From assembly GCA_050247055.1 (NCBI GenBank), contig JBFWUX010000003.1:528115-560114 (forward strand): a stretch of DNA of 32,000 bases, read 5' to 3'. The notes beneath the pieces were generated by a model. That model was not told where the DNA came from, did no database searches, and saw nothing but the letters and a program-made list of their open reading frames with translations. Positions 1 through 7,942 of this stretch are shown piece by piece. The DNA comes from Dehalococcoidia bacterium. Lineage in GTDB: Bacteria; Chloroflexota; Dehalococcoidia; Tepidiformales; Tepidiformaceae. The position numbers and the translations under genes were made by a program. Within the stretch, counting starts at the first letter, position 1, and every line of letters begins with the position of its first letter.

Positions 1-39
1 TGCATATTGCATGGCTCTCTTTGTGCATGCATACTGCAT
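1..39. promoter_or_regulatory. Direct repeat of the 12-mer TGCATA(T/C)TGCAT (1-12 and 28-39), plus the overlapping palindrome TGCATGCA (24-31), immediately upstream of the HTH-serA ORF. Candidate operator.
   Basis: Read directly: tgcatattgcat at 1-12 and tgcatactgcat at 28-39 differ by one base. The site lies 6 bp before the ATG at 45. The window edge may truncate the site. Confidence 0.4.
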
Positions 40-44
40 AGCAC

Positions 45-1817
45 ATGGACGCCACCCAGTTCAGCGCCGCCCGCACATCCCTCGGCCTTTCGCAAACCGC
101 AATCGCCTCCGCCCTCGGTGTCGATCAGGCCACCATCAGCCGCTGGGAATCGGGCCGCGTCCGCATCCCTGCCACCGTTGAAATCGCGCTCGCCACCCTC
201 CAGGAGAAGAAGCCCGTCATGCCCGAAACTCGCCGACCACGAATCCTTATTGCCGACCCAGTTGCTCCGGAAGGTATCGAAATGCTCCGCGCCATCGGCG
301 ACGTTGAGGTGAAAACGGGCCAGGCCCAGGACTCGCTCATCGCCACGATCGAGAATTACGACGCGCTGGTGGTCCGCAGCGAGACCAAGGTCACTCGCCC
401 CATCATCGAGGCGGGAACCCGTCTGCAGGTCATCGGCCGCGCCGGCGTTGGCGTCGACAACATCGACCTCCAGGCGGCCACGGAGCGCGGTGTGATCGTC
501 GTTAATGCACCTCAGGGCAACACCATCGCTGCCGCTGAGCACACTGTGGCGCTGCTCCTCGCTCTCGCTCGCCACATCCCCCAGGCCGATGCATCCATGC
601 GCGCCGGCAAATGGGATCGCAAGACCTACATCGGCACCGAAGTGCGCGGGAAGACGCTCGGCGTCATCGGCCTTGGCCCTATCGGTTCCGAAGTTGCCCG
701 CCGTGGTCTTGGTCTCGACATGCGGGTTCTCGCCCACGACCCGTACGTCGCCGAAGAGCGCACCCGAAGCCTCGGCGCCGAACCGGTGGACTTCGAGACG
801 CTCATCTCCATCTCCGATTTCATCACGGTTCACGTCCCGATGACGGCGGCAACCAAAGGCATGATCTCGACCGAACAATTCGCCCGCATGAAGGACGGCG
901 TACGCCTCCTCAACGTCGCTCGTGGCGGCATCATCGATGAAGCGGCCCTCGCGGCGGCGGTCCAGTCCGGGAAGGTCATCGGCGCCGCCATCGACGTCTA
1001 CACCGCCGAGCCAATCGATCCGAACAACCCGCTCCTCGGCGATCCGCGCATCATCACCACGCCCCACCTCGGCGCCTCCACCGCGGAAGCGCAGGAGCGC
1101 GTCGCCGTCGATGTCGCCGAACAGATCGTCGATATTCTCGGCGGCCGGCCCGCCCGCTACGCCGTCAACGCTCCAATGCTTGCTCCGGAGACGCTCAAGG
1201 TCGTCGGCCCGTACATGTCCGCCGCCGAAGTCATGGGCACGGTCGCCACCCAGCTTGTAACGGGCAAGCTCATGTCCATCGAGCTCGAGTACCTCGGGGA
1301 CATCGCCGAATACGACACCACGCCCCTCAAGGCCTCGGTGATCCGCGGGCTGCTCAGGCCCATCAGCGACGAGACCGTGAACATCGTCAACGCCAACATC
1401 ATTGCCCAGTCCCGTGGTTGGGATATCGCCGAGAGCAAGCGCACTTCGCACGAAGTCTTCAACAACCTCATCCACCTTAAGCTTGTTACCAGCGATGAAG
1501 AGGTCACCGTCGGTGCGACGATCGAACACGGTCAGGCCCACATCGTCATCCTTAAGGACCTCGATGTTGACCTCGCGCCCGAGCCGGGGACTTTCCTCCT
1601 CGCCTGCGACAACGAAGACCGCCCCGGCATGATTGGCCGCGTCGGCTCACTCCTGGGCGAGTTCGACATCAACATCCAATCGATGCAGGTCGGCCGTCGC
1701 GGCCGTCGCGGCCGGGCCATCATGCTCATCTCGGTCGATGAAGCTCCGACCGAGGACCAACTCGCCGCGATCGAGGCCATCGACGGCATCCATCATGTGA
1801 AGCTGGTGCGGTTCTAG
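45..1817 (+). CDS. serA: D-3-phosphoglycerate dehydrogenase (long type with ASB and ACT domains) with an in-frame 58-aa N-terminal XRE-type HTH extension. An alternative internal start is ATG 219.
   Basis: Rossmann motif [13 protein letters not shown], the 2-hydroxyacid dehydrogenase signature region '[15 protein letters not shown]', and a C-terminal ACT-like segment '[18 protein letters not shown]'. The N-terminus '[30 protein letters not shown]' is a classic HTH_3 pattern. There is no stop codon between the HTH and the dehydrogenase. Confidence 0.9.
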   Translation: MDATQFSAARTSLGLSQTAIASALGVDQATISRWESGRVRIPATVEIALATLQEKKPVMPETRRPRILIADPVAPEGIEMLRAIGDVEVKTGQAQDSLIATIENYDALVVRSETKVTRPIIEAGTRLQVIGRAGVGVDNIDLQAATERGVIVVNAPQGNTIAAAEHTVALLLALARHIPQADASMRAGKWDRKTYIGTEVRGKTLGVIGLGPIGSEVARRGLGLDMRVLAHDPYVAEERTRSLGAEPVDFETLISISDFITVHVPMTAATKGMISTEQFARMKDGVRLLNVARGGIIDEAALAAAVQSGKVIGAAIDVYTAEPIDPNNPLLGDPRIITTPHLGASTAEAQERVAVDVAEQIVDILGGRPARYAVNAPMLAPETLKVVGPYMSAAEVMGTVATQLVTGKLMSIELEYLGDIAEYDTTPLKASVIRGLLRPISDETVNIVNANIIAQSRGWDIAESKRTSHEVFNNLIHLKLVTSDEEVTVGATIEHGQAHIVILKDLDVDLAPEPGTFLLACDNEDRPGMIGRVGSLLGEFDINIQSMQVGRRGRRGRAIMLISVDEAPTEDQLAAIEAIDGIHHVKLVRF

Positions 1818-2314
1818 GCCTGCGGTAGCTGCCGCTCGTAGTACTCCTGCTGTGATGGGTAGTAGTCGTCGAAGTTCGGCAGCGGTGTTCCGTCGCGAGA
1901 AGCCACGAGCATGTCCAGGTAGTACTCCCACCCCGGCCCCACAGCACCGGCCTGCTCCGCGGGAAGCTGGTGCTGAACGAAGCGCAACTCGGTTACGCCG
2001 TCGCGATGAGTAAGGTTGACTTCGAGGCGCCACTGCTCGCCCCCGCCCATCTGCGTGATGGCCAGGCGCTTTGGAGGCTCACACGCGTCAATCCGCGCTT
2101 CGAACCAGGGTTGGCCCTCTTCGAAGGCCATCTGCAGTTCGATGATGGCGCCTGGCCGCGCCGCTCCTCTCCACGCGCCGAACCATCGCACCGAGCGTTC
2201 GGGGTTGGTGATGCTGTCCCACACATCTTCGATCGGCGCCGAAAATTGCCGAGTAATCACCAGGTCGAGCCCGTCGGTCGTGCGCAGGATGACGCCGTTC
2301 GGTTGTGGGTTCAT
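1814..2314 (-). CDS. SRPBCC / AHSA1-like (Activator of Hsp90 ATPase homolog 1-like) domain protein
   Basis: The 'ITRQFSAPIEDVWDSITNPERSVRWFG' N-terminus is typical of the AHSA1/SRPBCC family. Its ATG at 2314 overlaps the ArsR stop (ATGA at 2311-2314). ArsR-SRPBCC is a common pairing. Confidence 0.8.
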   Translation of the reverse strand: MNPQPNGVILRTTDGLDLVITRQFSAPIEDVWDSITNPERSVRWFGAWRGAARPGAIIELQMAFEEGQPWFEARIDACEPPKRLAITQMGGGEQWRLEVNLTHRDGVTELRFVQHQLPAEQAGAVGPGWEYYLDMLVASRDGTPLPNFDDYYPSQQEYYERQLPQA

Positions 2315-2655
2315 GCGGTGTGCTCCTTGCTCGCGACGCGACCGTCTCTGGCAGTGCGCCGGACTTCTGTTTCGAGCGCGTCGAGACGGGTCTCCCAGCT
2401 GTCCGCACGCAGGAATTGCCGAATCCAAGCCGCGAGTTCGCGGAGTGGCCCGGTCTCCAGCGTGTAATGGCGCTCGCGCCCGATGACTTCGTCCCGCACG
2501 AGACCAGCTTCACGAAGGACCCTGAGGTGGCGGCTGATCGCCGGTCGCGAAATGTTGAACCGCCCGGCAATCGCTCCCGCGGTTAATGGACCTCTTCGGA
2601 GAAGCGCAAGGATTTCGACTCTTACCGGGTCCGCGATCGCTGCGGCGGTGGACAT
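2311..2655 (-). CDS. ArsR/SmtB family transcriptional regulator
   Basis: Winged-HTH pattern 'RVEILALLRRGPLTAGAIAGRFNISRPAISRHLRVLREAGLV'. Confidence 0.9.
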   Translation of the reverse strand: MSTAAAIADPVRVEILALLRRGPLTAGAIAGRFNISRPAISRHLRVLREAGLVRDEVIGRERHYTLETGPLRELAAWIRQFLRADSWETRLDALETEVRRTARDGRVASKEHTA

Positions 2656-2664
2656 TGGGAAAGC

Positions 2665-2680
2665 GTAACCGATAAGTTAC
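2665..2680. promoter_or_regulatory. Short inverted repeat GTAAC-N6-GTTAC, 10 bp upstream of the ArsR start. Possible ArsR operator.
   Basis: Read directly: gtaac at 2665-2669 and gttac at 2676-2680. The arms are only 5 bp, so chance occurrence is possible. Confidence 0.25.
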
Positions 2681-2708
2681 ATATTAGCCACTCATCCACA
2701 CCAATCAA

Positions 2709-2733
2709 CTCATCTGGTCCCGAAGCTGATGAG
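2709..2733 (-). terminator. Weak hairpin (CTCATC ... GATGAG) just downstream of the 2737 stop
   Basis: A 6-bp stem at 2709-2714 / 2728-2733 with a 13-nt loop. On the minus strand it is followed by TTGATTGG. The loop is long and there is no clean U-tract. Confidence 0.2.
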
Positions 2734-2736
2734 GTT

Positions 2737-3081
2737 CTAAGCCGAAAGCAGCCACTCACGGGCGGCATCAAGAGCGGTGAACACGCTCGCCGCCGAGCCC
2801 TCTTCTACGTTGCCAAGCTGCAACGCCTGGCGGCTCACACCGAAGAGCGCCGGCCGCGGCGCGTAGAACGCGAGCCGGTAGCCCTTTAAGACGATCTCCT
2901 GCAGGTGGCCGGCCAGCGCGTAAGTGTCTCCGTTCACCGAAGTGACATGCTCCAGGTTCAGGAGCACGTTCTTGCTCTTCGCCCGGGTCGAAAGCTCGCG
3001 GATGCACATGCTGACCGAATCGAGCACGCCGTCGACTTCAACTTCGACGTAGTCCCGTCGCTCATGCAACTGGTACGGCAA
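2737..3081 (-). CDS. Hypothetical protein, STAS-like (anti-sigma-antagonist-like) fold suspected
   Basis: A 114-aa ORF with a TTG start preceded by GGGGGAG. The alternating beta/alpha pattern ending in '...VFTALDAAREWLLSA' resembles STAS/SpoIIAA-like proteins. The family was not verified. Confidence 0.5.
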   Translation of the reverse strand: MPYQLHERRDYVEVEVDGVLDSVSMCIRELSTRAKSKNVLLNLEHVTSVNGDTYALAGHLQEIVLKGYRLAFYAPRPALFGVSRQALQLGNVEEGSAASVFTALDAAREWLLSA

Positions 3082-3154
3082 TCACTCCCCCACTTCTGCG
3101 TCAGACGCCGTAGCCTGATGCTAACACGCCGCAGAACGCCCGTGTGTGCGTGGG

Positions 3155-4405
3155 TTACCGCTTCGGCCGGCCATAGCCAAACATCACCTGCGCAACCCGT
3201 CGAATCTGGATCTCCTCGGAGCCTTCGGTGATCCGGTAGCGCCGGTGATGCCGGTAGATGTGCTCGAACGGCATGTGCCGCGTGTAGCCGATGCCGCCAT
3301 GCACCTGAATCGCCTGGTCCGCTGCATCGCACACCAGCCGGTTGGCACGGTAGTTGCACATCGCGACCTTGTCGCTGATCTCCATGTGATGCTTCGAATC
3401 CAGCTCCCAGGCGGTTTTGTAGACGAGATTGCGGACCATCTCGCACTCCGTCTGTAACTCCGCGAGCGGCCACTGGATGGCCTGGCGCGTGGAAAGCGGT
3501 TGCCCGAAGGTCACGCGTTGGTTCGCATACTTCACCGATTCGTTGATGCAATACTGCGCGGCGCCCACTCCCGAGGCGGCCTGGCGGATGCGGTTCTCAT
3601 GAGTGAACGTGTTCGCCAGGGCCAGCCCGTCTCCCTCTTCGCCGAGCATCGCATCGGCTGGCACGCGTACATCCTTGAGGGTCACTTCCGCGTGGTCGGT
3701 CGGCATATTGAAGGTCCACCACATGAAGTCCACGGAAAAGCCTTCCGACTTCACCGGCACAACAAAACAGCTGATGCCTTTGGGCTTCCCCTCTTCGCCC
3801 GACGTCCGCGCGAAGATGAGGTCGTGAGTGGCGTTGTGGAGTCCGCTGTTGAAGCGCTTCTGCCCGTTGATCACCCAGTCATCGCCGTCGCGGATGGCGC
3901 GCGTTTCGAGCCAGCTGGCGTCGCTCCCGTGGTCCGGTTCCGTCAGCCCGAACGCGACGCGAGTCTCCCCGGTAAACATCCCCGCGAGGAACTGTTTCTT
4001 TTGGGCTTCGCTGCCGTAGTCCTCCCACATCTTCACCGTCGGAAAGTTCCCCACGATCGAGGACTCGTTCTGAAGGTCGTTGTGGAGCCCCAGTCCCTTG
4101 GCCGCGAGGTGTTCCCGAATGATCGCCATCGCCAGGTTCGAACCGCCCTTGCCACCGTACCGCTCCGGCAGGGCATAGCGCAGGAAGCCCGCGCGGTCGG
4201 CGCGGCGCCGCATCTCTGCGAGCAGTTCCTCCCAGTCTTTCCGCGGCACACCGCCGTTCTCGTAGTCGGTGCGGGCGTATTCGCGCCGGTGGTCGAAGAA
4301 CCGGATGTTGTCGTCCTGCTGTTCGAGCGGCTTGATTTCGTCTTCGATGAACTGGTCGAGTTGCCGAAGTAGCTCTGTGATGTCGTCGGGAATGCTGAAG
4401 TCCAC
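3155..4405 (-). CDS. Acyl-CoA dehydrogenase family protein
   Basis: ACAD hallmarks: 'FGLTEPDHGSDA', 'WVINGQKRFNSG', and the C-terminal 'HGGIGYTRHMPFEHIYRHHRRYRITEGSEEIQ'. Confidence 0.9.
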   Translation of the reverse strand: MDFSIPDDITELLRQLDQFIEDEIKPLEQQDDNIRFFDHRREYARTDYENGGVPRKDWEELLAEMRRRADRAGFLRYALPERYGGKGGSNLAMAIIREHLAAKGLGLHNDLQNESSIVGNFPTVKMWEDYGSEAQKKQFLAGMFTGETRVAFGLTEPDHGSDASWLETRAIRDGDDWVINGQKRFNSGLHNATHDLIFARTSGEEGKPKGISCFVVPVKSEGFSVDFMWWTFNMPTDHAEVTLKDVRVPADAMLGEEGDGLALANTFTHENRIRQAASGVGAAQYCINESVKYANQRVTFGQPLSTRQAIQWPLAELQTECEMVRNLVYKTAWELDSKHHMEISDKVAMCNYRANRLVCDAADQAIQVHGGIGYTRHMPFEHIYRHHRRYRITEGSEEIQIRRVAQVMFGYGRPKR

Positions 4406-4468
4406 GCGTCCACCCCGAAGGTGTTGAGTGTTGCTTTCGTACGCGGATCGCCTTCCGAACGCAAGCCG

Positions 4469-5746
4469 CTACACCGGCACCTCGAACGACGACCCGGTGA
4501 GGTACTCGGCGGAAAGCCTGCCACCGGCGGCGTTCTTGAGGTCTTCCACGAGTGCTTCGACCTTCTTCATGTGCGCCGCGCCGTCGCTGCGTTCGGAGAC
4601 GGAACTGTGGCAGTTGAACCAGAACTTGAATGGCTTGGAATCTGCACCGGCCAGGCGGCGCTCGACGATGAGCCGCACAACCGCGAGGTCCGGGTTTTCA
4701 TGCTGCCCGTTGCCACAGAAGATGTACTGGTCCGCGGTGATTGCATCGCAGAACGCCTGGTCGATGTTGTTCTCCGATCCGTGGTGCTGGACCTTCAAGA
4801 CATCGACGTGCAGCTTGCCGTTCGCATCGAACTTCCCACGCTTTTCCAGCCCTTTGACGATGTCGTCGCCATGCCCGTCGCCGGTGAGCAAAACTCGCTT
4901 CTTGCCCTCGGTCGCGAGCAACATGATCGAAGCAAGATTCGGCGTCGTGACCTTCGAGCGCATCCCGAGCGCGTTTCCGAGTGCCACGAAGTGGCTCGCC
5001 GGCCACGCAAGTTCGCTCGTGCTCAGCATCGCCTCGTCTTCCTCAGCCTGGTGTTCGATACCGGCGATTGCCGAACCGTGCGAATCAAGCCAGGTGTTCC
5101 ACTCGGACCGCAGCTTCGTGAGGTCCGCCCCGAAAGGTCCAATCACGTCGAGCTTCGTCGAACCGAGCGACACCGCCTTCTCTACGCCTTCGACGGTGAC
5201 AAGCTTGCCGCCGACCTGCTTGTTGAGCGGGATGTTCAACTGCCTGCCGCCGATTCGACGCGACACCTTGATCGCTTCCGGGATGCTCTGGGTCAGTTCT
5301 GCCTGCGCCGCACCCAGTGCCTGCAACTCCGGCGCATCCGCGGAGGAAAGCAACGATGCGGAAGCCGCCAGCGCGCTCTCAATCGCGCCCGAGTTCTTGC
5401 CGACTTGCTCGTGGAAGGCGTTGTGCCAGATGCTGCCAACCTGAGGTGGGCGCGGGTTTTCCGGCGGCGGATGGTTCGGGTTGCCGTTGGCCAACTGGTA
5501 CTCGTGAACCCGCCAGGCAGCCTCGTCGTCGAGCAGCTGGAGAACACCGGAGATGTGGTCCTGGTCGATGTGGGAAACGTAGATCAGGTCCAGCTTCTTC
5601 TTTGCCTGTCGCAGCGCACCAAGCTCCGGCGCCACGTGCTTCGAATACGATGCGCTCATCCCCCCGTCGATGAGCATGCGGCGGTTCGTCCGGCTCGTAA
5701 GCAGCAGGCAATCGCCCTTCTCCGAACGGAACACCTGGAGCTTCAT
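4469..5746 (-). CDS. MBL-fold metallo-hydrolase, ComEC/Rec2-like subtype, with a ~220-aa helical insertion
   Basis: Motifs 'RRMLIDGG', 'YVSHIDQDHISG' (an HxHxDH variant), 'VLLTGDGHGDD', 'LKVQHHGSENN' and 'FCGNGQHENPDLAVV'. Its ATG overlaps the upstream S8 stop (ATGA at 5743-5746). No signal peptide. Confidence 0.85.
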   Translation of the reverse strand: MKLQVFRSEKGDCLLLTSRTNRRMLIDGGMSASYSKHVAPELGALRQAKKKLDLIYVSHIDQDHISGVLQLLDDEAAWRVHEYQLANGNPNHPPPENPRPPQVGSIWHNAFHEQVGKNSGAIESALAASASLLSSADAPELQALGAAQAELTQSIPEAIKVSRRIGGRQLNIPLNKQVGGKLVTVEGVEKAVSLGSTKLDVIGPFGADLTKLRSEWNTWLDSHGSAIAGIEHQAEEDEAMLSTSELAWPASHFVALGNALGMRSKVTTPNLASIMLLATEGKKRVLLTGDGHGDDIVKGLEKRGKFDANGKLHVDVLKVQHHGSENNIDQAFCDAITADQYIFCGNGQHENPDLAVVRLIVERRLAGADSKPFKFWFNCHSSVSERSDGAAHMKKVEALVEDLKNAAGGRLSAEYLTGSSFEVPV

Positions 5747-7788
5747 CCGGTGCGGTCCTTCCGCTTAAACAGCATGTCCACTTCGTTCAGGCATGCCTTC
5801 GGGTCTATCTGACCGTAGCCGGCATCGTTCACCCAGTTGAAGTCGGCGCCCGGCAACGGGCGCGCCGTCCGCCGGATGATGCCTTCAACCTGGGCGGCGG
5901 TCAGACGCGGCTGCTGACCTAGCATCAAACCGACCACACCGGTGACATGCGGGCTCGCCATGCTCGTGCCGCTCATCGAAACCCATTGCTTATCCGGCTC
6001 CCGGCTGAATCCGCGTGCCGCAACGATGTTCGTCCCGGGCGCGGCTACGTCGGGCTTCGACCGACCGTCGCGGGTCGGTCCCTGGCTGCTGGTGATGTTG
6101 ATTCGGGCACGTTCCGAATCGAGATTGCCGACTGAGATGATGCGCTGCCCACACGCCAGCGAGGTCACCGACGACGAGTCGACGTTCGAACGCTCGGAGA
6201 AGAATGAAGGAAAGCGCCACGCCTCGCGGTTCCCCATGACGCCCATGCGCACCGGGTCATCGCGCTCGATCCACGCGTGGAATCTCCCATCGCGAACCTC
6301 CACGCCGTGAAGCCGCACGGTCCACTCGCCCGAGCGCACGCCAACGATGCCCTGCGTGCTGAGGAGCGGGCTGAGAAAGATGGAGATGTAGTTCGAGCCG
6401 TTTGCGGGGTGATAGAGCTCGTTGTAGATGCTAAGAAACGACCCGTCCTTGAGTTGCCGGTTCTCGATGAACTCGCGCGGATGAATGACCTCCGTCCAGT
6501 CCTCGCCTGGCGGTCGTACGGAGACTGCGAAACGGTCCTGCGGGCCATACCAGATCTCAAGCTCGTTTTCGGAGATGTCCATAAGGCCGTTGCCCGCGAC
6601 CACCCAGTCGATGTCTGTTACGAGGTCGCGCGCCGGGATTCTGCCGCTAGTGTGAATCCTTCCGACGATGAAGCCGATGTCATCGGGGGTTTCCGCGCGC
6701 TCCTGTCCGGCGTTGCCCGCGGCCACACAGACGGCCCGCCCCGGCGTTGTCATGGCAGCATCGATCCAGCGCGAAACGGGCGCGCTGCCATCGTGCGCAT
6801 GGCCGTTGGTCCCGAGGCTCACGTTGATGGCGACCGGAAGCTTCAGCTCCTGGCCCAGCTCGAGCAGGTAGTCCACCGCGTGTGCGAGCCGCGTCGAGTC
6901 ATAGAAGCTCTTGCGCCGGTCCTCGTCGCCCGGAGCAAGCCCAATGAGTACCCCCGCAAGCACCGCATTCCGGCACACCCCGAGGTTGCCCGCCGCGATG
7001 CTCGCCACGTGCGTCCCATGCGATCCCTCCGCTGTCTGCGACTGGCGCTCGACCTCCCACGCGCTCACGCCGAGCCCGGGGCCCGCCTTGATCGCCGCAT
7101 TGAGGTGCTCGCGCCGGAATTCGGCGCCGTAGGCATGCGCCGGGTTCCGTGCCGGCGCCGGCCGCGCGTTGCCGGCCTGATCCCAGATAGCCGCCCAGCG
7201 CGTGTTTCCGTCCGCGTCGAGAAAGTCCGAATGCGAGAAGTCAAAGCCTTCGACATCGATGATGCCGATCAGCACATTCGGCGTTTTTGTTGCCGGCCCA
7301 AATCGTCGCTCGGCCGGAGACGGCGAGCGGACGCTCGCTGCCCCCACTTTCGGCGCAGGCTGCTTCAACGATTCGCCAACTTCCACCCACGATACGTCCG
7401 GGTGGTCGAGCAGCCTCGGAATCTCTCGCGGGTTCACAGTGGCGATGACGAGGTCCCGCCGCTGCGCATCCTCTTCCGAAACGAAATCGCCGGGCCGGGC
7501 TGCCGGGTCTTCGAGTTGGACAAACACGTTGACCGAAACCTGGTGCGGCAATTCCGGTAGTGATCCGCGCTTCACCGATTTCGGCATCTGCTTCCGTTCG
7601 ATCGGGACGGCTCCTGCCCCTCGACACTGACCGGTCTCTCTTAGCAGTTCGTCACTCTCCACGCGCAGCGCCGCCGAGAGTTCGGCGCGCACCGCGTTCA
7701 CCTGGTCGCTTCCGTTCGCGATCATCCGCAGCTTTGGTTGCAACTTGTCGAGGTTGCCGCGGAACAGTTCTTCACTCTTCGATGCCAT
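5743..7788 (-). CDS. Intracellular S8 (subtilisin-like) serine peptidase with an N-terminal propeptide-like region and a large beta-rich insertion. The maximal ORF extends to a TTG at 7998.
   Basis: Catalytic motifs: Asp in 'LIGIIDVEGFD', His in 'GSHGTHVASIAAGN', oxyanion Asn in 'VAAGNAG', Ser in 'SGTSMASPHVTG'. ATG 7788 is preceded by GGCGGAGGA (a strong SD). TTG 7998 has no SD and would overlap the divergent MFS gene by 56 bp. There is no signal peptide or TM segment with either start. Confidence 0.85.
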   Translation of the reverse strand: MASKSEELFRGNLDKLQPKLRMIANGSDQVNAVRAELSAALRVESDELLRETGQCRGAGAVPIERKQMPKSVKRGSLPELPHQVSVNVFVQLEDPAARPGDFVSEEDAQRRDLVIATVNPREIPRLLDHPDVSWVEVGESLKQPAPKVGAASVRSPSPAERRFGPATKTPNVLIGIIDVEGFDFSHSDFLDADGNTRWAAIWDQAGNARPAPARNPAHAYGAEFRREHLNAAIKAGPGLGVSAWEVERQSQTAEGSHGTHVASIAAGNLGVCRNAVLAGVLIGLAPGDEDRRKSFYDSTRLAHAVDYLLELGQELKLPVAINVSLGTNGHAHDGSAPVSRWIDAAMTTPGRAVCVAAGNAGQERAETPDDIGFIVGRIHTSGRIPARDLVTDIDWVVAGNGLMDISENELEIWYGPQDRFAVSVRPPGEDWTEVIHPREFIENRQLKDGSFLSIYNELYHPANGSNYISIFLSPLLSTQGIVGVRSGEWTVRLHGVEVRDGRFHAWIERDDPVRMGVMGNREAWRFPSFFSERSNVDSSSVTSLACGQRIISVGNLDSERARINITSSQGPTRDGRSKPDVAAPGTNIVAARGFSREPDKQWVSMSGTSMASPHVTGVVGLMLGQQPRLTAAQVEGIIRRTARPLPGADFNWVNDAGYGQIDPKACLNEVDMLFKRKDRTG

Positions 7789-7942
7789 CGCATCCTCCGC
7801 CACGGGATAGTAAACACGCTTCTCGGCGGCATTATCGCCGGTCGCGTCAACGGCCGGAGTTGGCTCCCAGGGTGTGGCTTGAGCGTAGAATCCAGCCGGT
7901 GACTCGACCTGCAGATGTTTCGCTTCGTGACGGCGCTCGTCG

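Noticed and set aside
7-312. A 101-aa Pro/Ser-rich ORF overlapping the serA 5' region in another frame
   Set aside because: It overlaps the frame that encodes a recognisable HTH and the SerA N-terminus. Its low-complexity composition is typical of off-frame translation of GC-rich coding DNA.
4421-5812. 463-aa and 338-aa plus-strand ORFs opposite the MBL gene, and 6277-7560 opposite the S8 gene
   Set aside because: The minus-strand products carry complete catalytic motif sets. The plus-strand translations are Arg/Pro/Leu-rich with no motifs. Shadow ORFs.
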